Notes under the pieces: generated by a model
What the model was told of the DNA's origin: nothing
What the model saw: only the letters and a program-made list of their open reading frames with translations
Databases searched by the model: none
Shown here: positions 24,322-27,930 of the stretch, piece after piece
How the letters are laid out: every line of letters starts with the position of its first letter
Position numbering within the stretch: the stretch's first letter is position 1
Assembly: GCA_937888665.1 (NCBI GenBank)
Contig: CALBET010000175.1
Span: forward strand, 1-27,930
Length of the DNA: 27,930 nucleotides
Source: an uncultured Acidobacteriota bacterium
GTDB taxonomy: Bacteria > Acidobacteriota > Vicinamibacteria > Vicinamibacterales > UBA8438
Reading direction: 5' to 3'
Made by a program: the position numbers and the translations under genes

Positions 24322-25308
24322 CTAGTACACGGACACGGGAGCCCGGCCGGACTGGTGCCGCTCGAGGTCAGCGTCGACCATCATCGTGACGAGTCTCGTG
24401 AAGTCGACGTTCGGCTGCCAGCCAAGCTGTGCCCGCGCCCTGGATGAGTCGCCGATCAGATGGTCGACCTCGGCCGGGCGCAGGAATTTGGGGTCGGTCT
24501 TGACGTGCTCCTGCCAGTCCAATCCGACATGGTCGAACGCCGTCTGCACCAGTTCCTGGACCGAGTGACTGACACCGGTCGCGATCACGTAGTCGCTGGG
24601 CGTCTCCTGTTGCAGCATCAACCACATCGCGCGCACGTAGTCCCCCGCGAAGCCCCAGTCGCGGTGCGCGTCCAAATTGCCCAAAGACAGACTCTTCGCG
24701 AGACCGAGCTTGATCCGGGCTACCCCATCTGTGACCTTGCGGGTCACGAATTCAAGACCGCGCCGGGGCGATTCGTGGTTAAACAGGATACCGGACGCCG
24801 CAAAGAGATCGTAGCTCTCGCGGTAGTTTACGGTGATGTAGTGCGCGAACACCTTCGAGACGCCGTACGGGCTACGCGGATAGAACGGCGTGTCCTCGCT
24901 TTGTGGGGTCTCCCGCACCTTGCCGTACATCTCACTCGATGACGCCTGGTACAACCGAATCGACGTGTCGACACGACGGATGGCCTCGAGCACCCGGGTC
25001 ACCCCTTGGGCATTGAACTCGCCGGTCAGCAGCGGCTGATCCCAGGACGCCGGCACGAACGACATGGCCGCCAGGTTGTAGAACTCGTGCGGACGCACCT
25101 CGTCGACGACTGTCATCAACGACAGCTGATCGAGCAGATCGGCCGGTCGCAGCTCGATCCGTCCCAGCAGATGCTCGATGCGCCCGGTGTTCGGCGCGCT
25201 CAGACGACGAGTGACCCCGACAACCTCATACCCCTTGTCGAGCAACAACTCAGCGAGATAAGAACCGTCTTGCCCGGTAATCCCGGTAATGATTGCGCGT
25301 TTAGACAT
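24322..25308 (-). CDS. gmd: GDP-mannose 4,6-dehydratase
   Basis: [67 protein letters not shown]. Confidence 0.96.
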   Translation of the reverse strand: MSKRAIITGITGQDGSYLAELLLDKGYEVVGVTRRLSAPNTGRIEHLLGRIELRPADLLDQLSLMTVVDEVRPHEFYNLAAMSFVPASWDQPLLTGEFNAQGVTRVLEAIRRVDTSIRLYQASSSEMYGKVRETPQSEDTPFYPRSPYGVSKVFAHYITVNYRESYDLFAASGILFNHESPRRGLEFVTRKVTDGVARIKLGLAKSLSLGNLDAHRDWGFAGDYVRAMWLMLQQETPSDYVIATGVSHSVQELVQTAFDHVGLDWQEHVKTDPKFLRPAEVDHLIGDSSRARAQLGWQPNVDFTRLVTMMVDADLERHQSGRAPVSVY

Positions 25309-25362
25309 CGTCAGTCGAAGGATGACTCAGGCGTTGACGAAAATCGGCCGTGCCGCCCACTG

Positions 25363-26673
25363 CTACAACCGATGAATGTGAGCCCCCGAGAGCCCCTTAA
25401 GGGCGTTGCGTGTGTCGACCAGACAGTCTGACCGCTCCACAATCGCAACATAGTCGAACTCGGGATGCCCGGTCGTGATGACACCGCAGTCGAACCCCTG
25501 TTCGAGCGCCGCCTCGCACGGCACGGTCTCGAGGTCGAGGTCGCCATGTTTCACAATGGGCACGTGCGGGTCGGTGTACGACACCGTGGCCCCGCCCCGC
25601 TGCAACAAGTGGGCGATATCGACCGCGGGTGACTCGCGGATGTCGCCCACGCTCGGCTTGTACGCCATGCCGAACAGATGCACCCGGGCGTCGTGCAGCG
25701 GCTTACGTCGCTCGCTCAACGCCGCGACCACGAGCTCGACGACAAACCGGGGCATACCCGAGTTGATGTGACCGGCCAATTCGATGAAACGGCTCTCGAA
25801 GCCGCTCTGCTTCGCCTTCCAGCTCAGGTAGAACGGGTCAATCGGAATACAGTGCCCACCCAGTCCAGGCCCGGGGTAGAACGGCATGAATCCGAATGGC
25901 TTCGTGCTGGCGGCGTCAATGACCTCCCAGACGTCGACACCGAGCCGATGACTCATAAGCGCCAGTTCGTTGACCAACCCGATGTTGACCGCGCGGAACG
26001 TGTTCTCCAGCAGCTTCACCATTTCGGCCACGCTCGGCGACGAGACCGGTACCACGGTGCTGACCACCTGCTCGTATAGGGCCTGGGCCACGGCGGTCGA
26101 GTCGGGGTCGATGCCACCCACGACCTTGGGAATGTTGGCGGTGGTCCACTTGGTGTTGCCCGGGTCTACCCGTTCGGGAGAAAACGCGAGAAAGAAATCG
26201 TCGCCGCCCCGGAGCCCGGTCGCTTCGAGCATCGGACGCACCACCTCATCGACGGTGCCGGGGTAGGTCGTCGATTCGAGAATCACGAGCTGGCCCGCGT
26301 GTAGATGGGTGGCGATCGCCTCCACGGCCGACACCACGTGTGAGAGATCAGGATCCTTCGTCTTCCTGAGGGGGGTAGGCACACAGATATTGACGCTGTC
26401 GAGACCCTCCAGTTGGGCGAAATCGGTCGTCGCGACGAGCCGCCCGGACGCCGTCATCGCTTCGATCTCGGCCCGCGACACATCGATGCCGCACGGGTCT
26501 CCGGAGGAAATTCGGCGAACCTTCGCCTCGTCGAGATCGATCCCCACCGTCTCGAATCCCGCTTTGGCGAACTCGAGAGCCAGCGGCAACCCGACATACC
26601 CGAGTCCGATCACGCCGACGCGGGCCTGCCGGGCACGCAGGCGTTCGATAAGGTCGTCGCGGAATCTGGGCAT
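25363..26673 (-). CDS. UDP-N-acetylhexosamine 6-dehydrogenase (WbpA/TviB/WecC family)
   Basis: GLGYVGLPLA, ICVPTP, ESTTYPGT, SPERVDPG, KLLENTFRAVNIG, GPGLGGHCIPIDP, AYKPSVGDIRESP. Start is the ATG at 26673 or the GTG at 26676. Confidence 0.92.
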   Translation of the reverse strand: MPRFRDDLIERLRARQARVGVIGLGYVGLPLALEFAKAGFETVGIDLDEAKVRRISSGDPCGIDVSRAEIEAMTASGRLVATTDFAQLEGLDSVNICVPTPLRKTKDPDLSHVVSAVEAIATHLHAGQLVILESTTYPGTVDEVVRPMLEATGLRGGDDFFLAFSPERVDPGNTKWTTANIPKVVGGIDPDSTAVAQALYEQVVSTVVPVSSPSVAEMVKLLENTFRAVNIGLVNELALMSHRLGVDVWEVIDAASTKPFGFMPFYPGPGLGGHCIPIDPFYLSWKAKQSGFESRFIELAGHINSGMPRFVVELVVAALSERRKPLHDARVHLFGMAYKPSVGDIRESPAVDIAHLLQRGGATVSYTDPHVPIVKHGDLDLETVPCEAALEQGFDCGVITTGHPEFDYVAIVERSDCLVDTRNALKGLSGAHIHRL

Positions 26674-26714
26674 CACTCACACGGTGGCGCGAACGGCTCG
26701 CGCCCAAGCCGCTC

Positions 26715-26723
26715 AATATAGCA
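26715..26723 (-). promoter_or_regulatory. Candidate extended -10 promoter for the cluster (TG-C-TATATT)
   Basis: Minus-strand TGCTATATT about 40 nt upstream of the first cluster gene; no good -35 element. Confidence 0.45.
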
Positions 26724-26731
26724 CGCGGTCA

Positions 26732-26740
26732 TGGTAGGGT
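26732..26740 (+). promoter_or_regulatory. Candidate extended -10 promoter for the divergent oxidoreductase (TG-G-TAGGGT)
   Basis: TGGTAGGGT ending 18 nt before the ATG at 26759. Confidence 0.3.
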
Positions 26741-26758
26741 TCGACGACGGCGAACCCC

Positions 26759-27865
26759 ATGGAAGAAGTCGACGTGGTGATTGTGGGAGGCGGGGTCGTC
26801 GGCCTGGCATGCGCGCGCGAAACGGCCCGCCCCGGTCGCACCGTGTGCCTGCTTGAGCGACACCCGCGCCTGGGCACTGAAACCAGCACGCACAACAGCG
26901 GCGTCGTGCATGCCGGCATCTACTATCCGCCTGGCTCGCTGAAGGCGCGGCTGTGCGTGGAAGGCCGCGACGCCTTGTATCGGTTCTGTGAGACCCATGG
27001 TGTCCCCCACCGGCGGTGCGGTAAATTGATCGTGGCTGGACCGGAGGACGACGATACGCGATTGCAGGATCTCCTGGCTCGCGGGCGGGCGAACGCGGTC
27101 AACGACCTGGAACTGGTCGACCGGGATTTCGTCCGACGGCTGGAACCGAACGTTACCGCGGAAGCCGCCATCTGGTCACCGTCGTCCGGCATCGTCGACA
27201 CAGAGGCACTCGTGCGCGCGCTGCACCGGAACGCCTGCTCTCGCGACGCCATCGCGCTGCCGGCCATGCCGCTCGTTGACGCCCATGCCGATGCGGGCGG
27301 GGAGTGGCTCGACCTGCGGACGCCGGCCGAAACGATCAGGGCGCGCGCGGTTGTCAACGCGGCCGGCCTGTACGCCGACGACGTGTCGGCGGCGCTCGGA
27401 GGCCGAGCCTTCACCATTCATCCGTGTCGCGGCGAGTACGCCGAACTCGTCGGCGCCAGTCGCAGCCTCGTCACGAGACCGGTGTACCCACTACCCGCGC
27501 GCGCCGGCGAACACCTTGGCGTCCACCTGACACCCACGACCTGGGGCAGTGTCATGGTCGGCCCCACGACCCGCTACCAGCAGCACAAGCGCGATCATGA
27601 AGGAGACCGGCTCCCGGCCGCGGCGTTCGTCGAACCGACCCGGCGGCTCCTCCCCACGATCCGGCCCGACGATGTGCGGCTGGGCGGCACCGGCATCCGC
27701 GCCAAGCTCAGCCCCGATGCCACCGCCTTCTCGGACTTCCTAATCGAACGTGATGCCGAACAGCCGCGGCTTGTCCAGGCCGCAGGCATCGACTCGCCCG
27801 GCCTGACCGCGTGCCTGTCAATCGCGCGGCTCGTCTCGGTGCTCGTGGACGAAATCTTGACCTAG
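26759..27865 (+). CDS. FAD-dependent oxidoreductase, L-2-hydroxyglutarate oxidase (LhgO)-like / DAO family
   Basis: IVGGGVVG, TSTHNSGVVHAGIYY, SLKARLCVEG, RCGKLIVA, VNAAGLYAD, RGEY, LGVHLT, GIRAK, GIDSPGLTACL. Confidence 0.88.
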   Translation: MEEVDVVIVGGGVVGLACARETARPGRTVCLLERHPRLGTETSTHNSGVVHAGIYYPPGSLKARLCVEGRDALYRFCETHGVPHRRCGKLIVAGPEDDDTRLQDLLARGRANAVNDLELVDRDFVRRLEPNVTAEAAIWSPSSGIVDTEALVRALHRNACSRDAIALPAMPLVDAHADAGGEWLDLRTPAETIRARAVVNAAGLYADDVSAALGGRAFTIHPCRGEYAELVGASRSLVTRPVYPLPARAGEHLGVHLTPTTWGSVMVGPTTRYQQHKRDHEGDRLPAAAFVEPTRRLLPTIRPDDVRLGGTGIRAKLSPDATAFSDFLIERDAEQPRLVQAAGIDSPGLTACLSIARLVSVLVDEILT

Positions 27866-27881
27866 TACTACTTTGTGTACC

Positions 27882-27930
27882 GTGGCGCAGGCCTTCAGGC
27901 CTGCGAGGCAAGGCTGAAGCCTTGCCCCAC
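27882..27930. repeat. Inverted REP-like doublet (GTGG foot + 8-bp hairpin)
   Basis: GTGG-CGCAGGCC-TTCA-GGCCTGCG (27882-27905) and, on the minus strand, GTGG-GGCAAGGC-TTCA-GCCTTGCC (27907-27930). Confidence 0.75.

Overview
High-GC bacterial window. Almost all of it (1-26673, minus strand) is one co-oriented surface-polysaccharide biosynthesis cluster; a divergent LhgO-like FAD oxidoreductase closes the right end. In transcription order: WbpA-type UDP-HexNAc dehydrogenase, gmd, D-2-hydroxyacid dehydrogenase, a 735-bp gap, KdsC-family HAD phosphatase, GT-B-like protein, Wzm ABC permease, remnant of a deleted gene, two more GT-B-like paralogs (one fused to an unnamed domain), NanM-like sugar O-methyltransferase, GT2 fused to the same unnamed domain, nucleotidyltransferase-methyltransferase fusion, short GT-like protein, NeuB-family synthase, classical SDR, aldehyde dehydrogenase, NeuA-family cytidylyltransferase, single-chain transketolase-like enzyme, two GTs and a partial asnB-type amidotransferase. 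The best candidate for an undescribed system is a 9-phosphate-type (Kdn-like) nonulosonate pathway with SDR + ALDH + a transketolase-like enzyme inserted into it. That enzyme keeps its donor-site histidines but appears to have lost all acceptor-phosphate residues, which points to a carbon-skeleton-modified, possibly methylated ulosonic acid transferred by uncharacterised GT domains. The intergenic gaps carry several MITE/REP-like elements, four of which share a core motif (covarying hairpin intact in three). All family calls come from motif recognition by eye; no searches were run. The host lineage cannot be established from this window.
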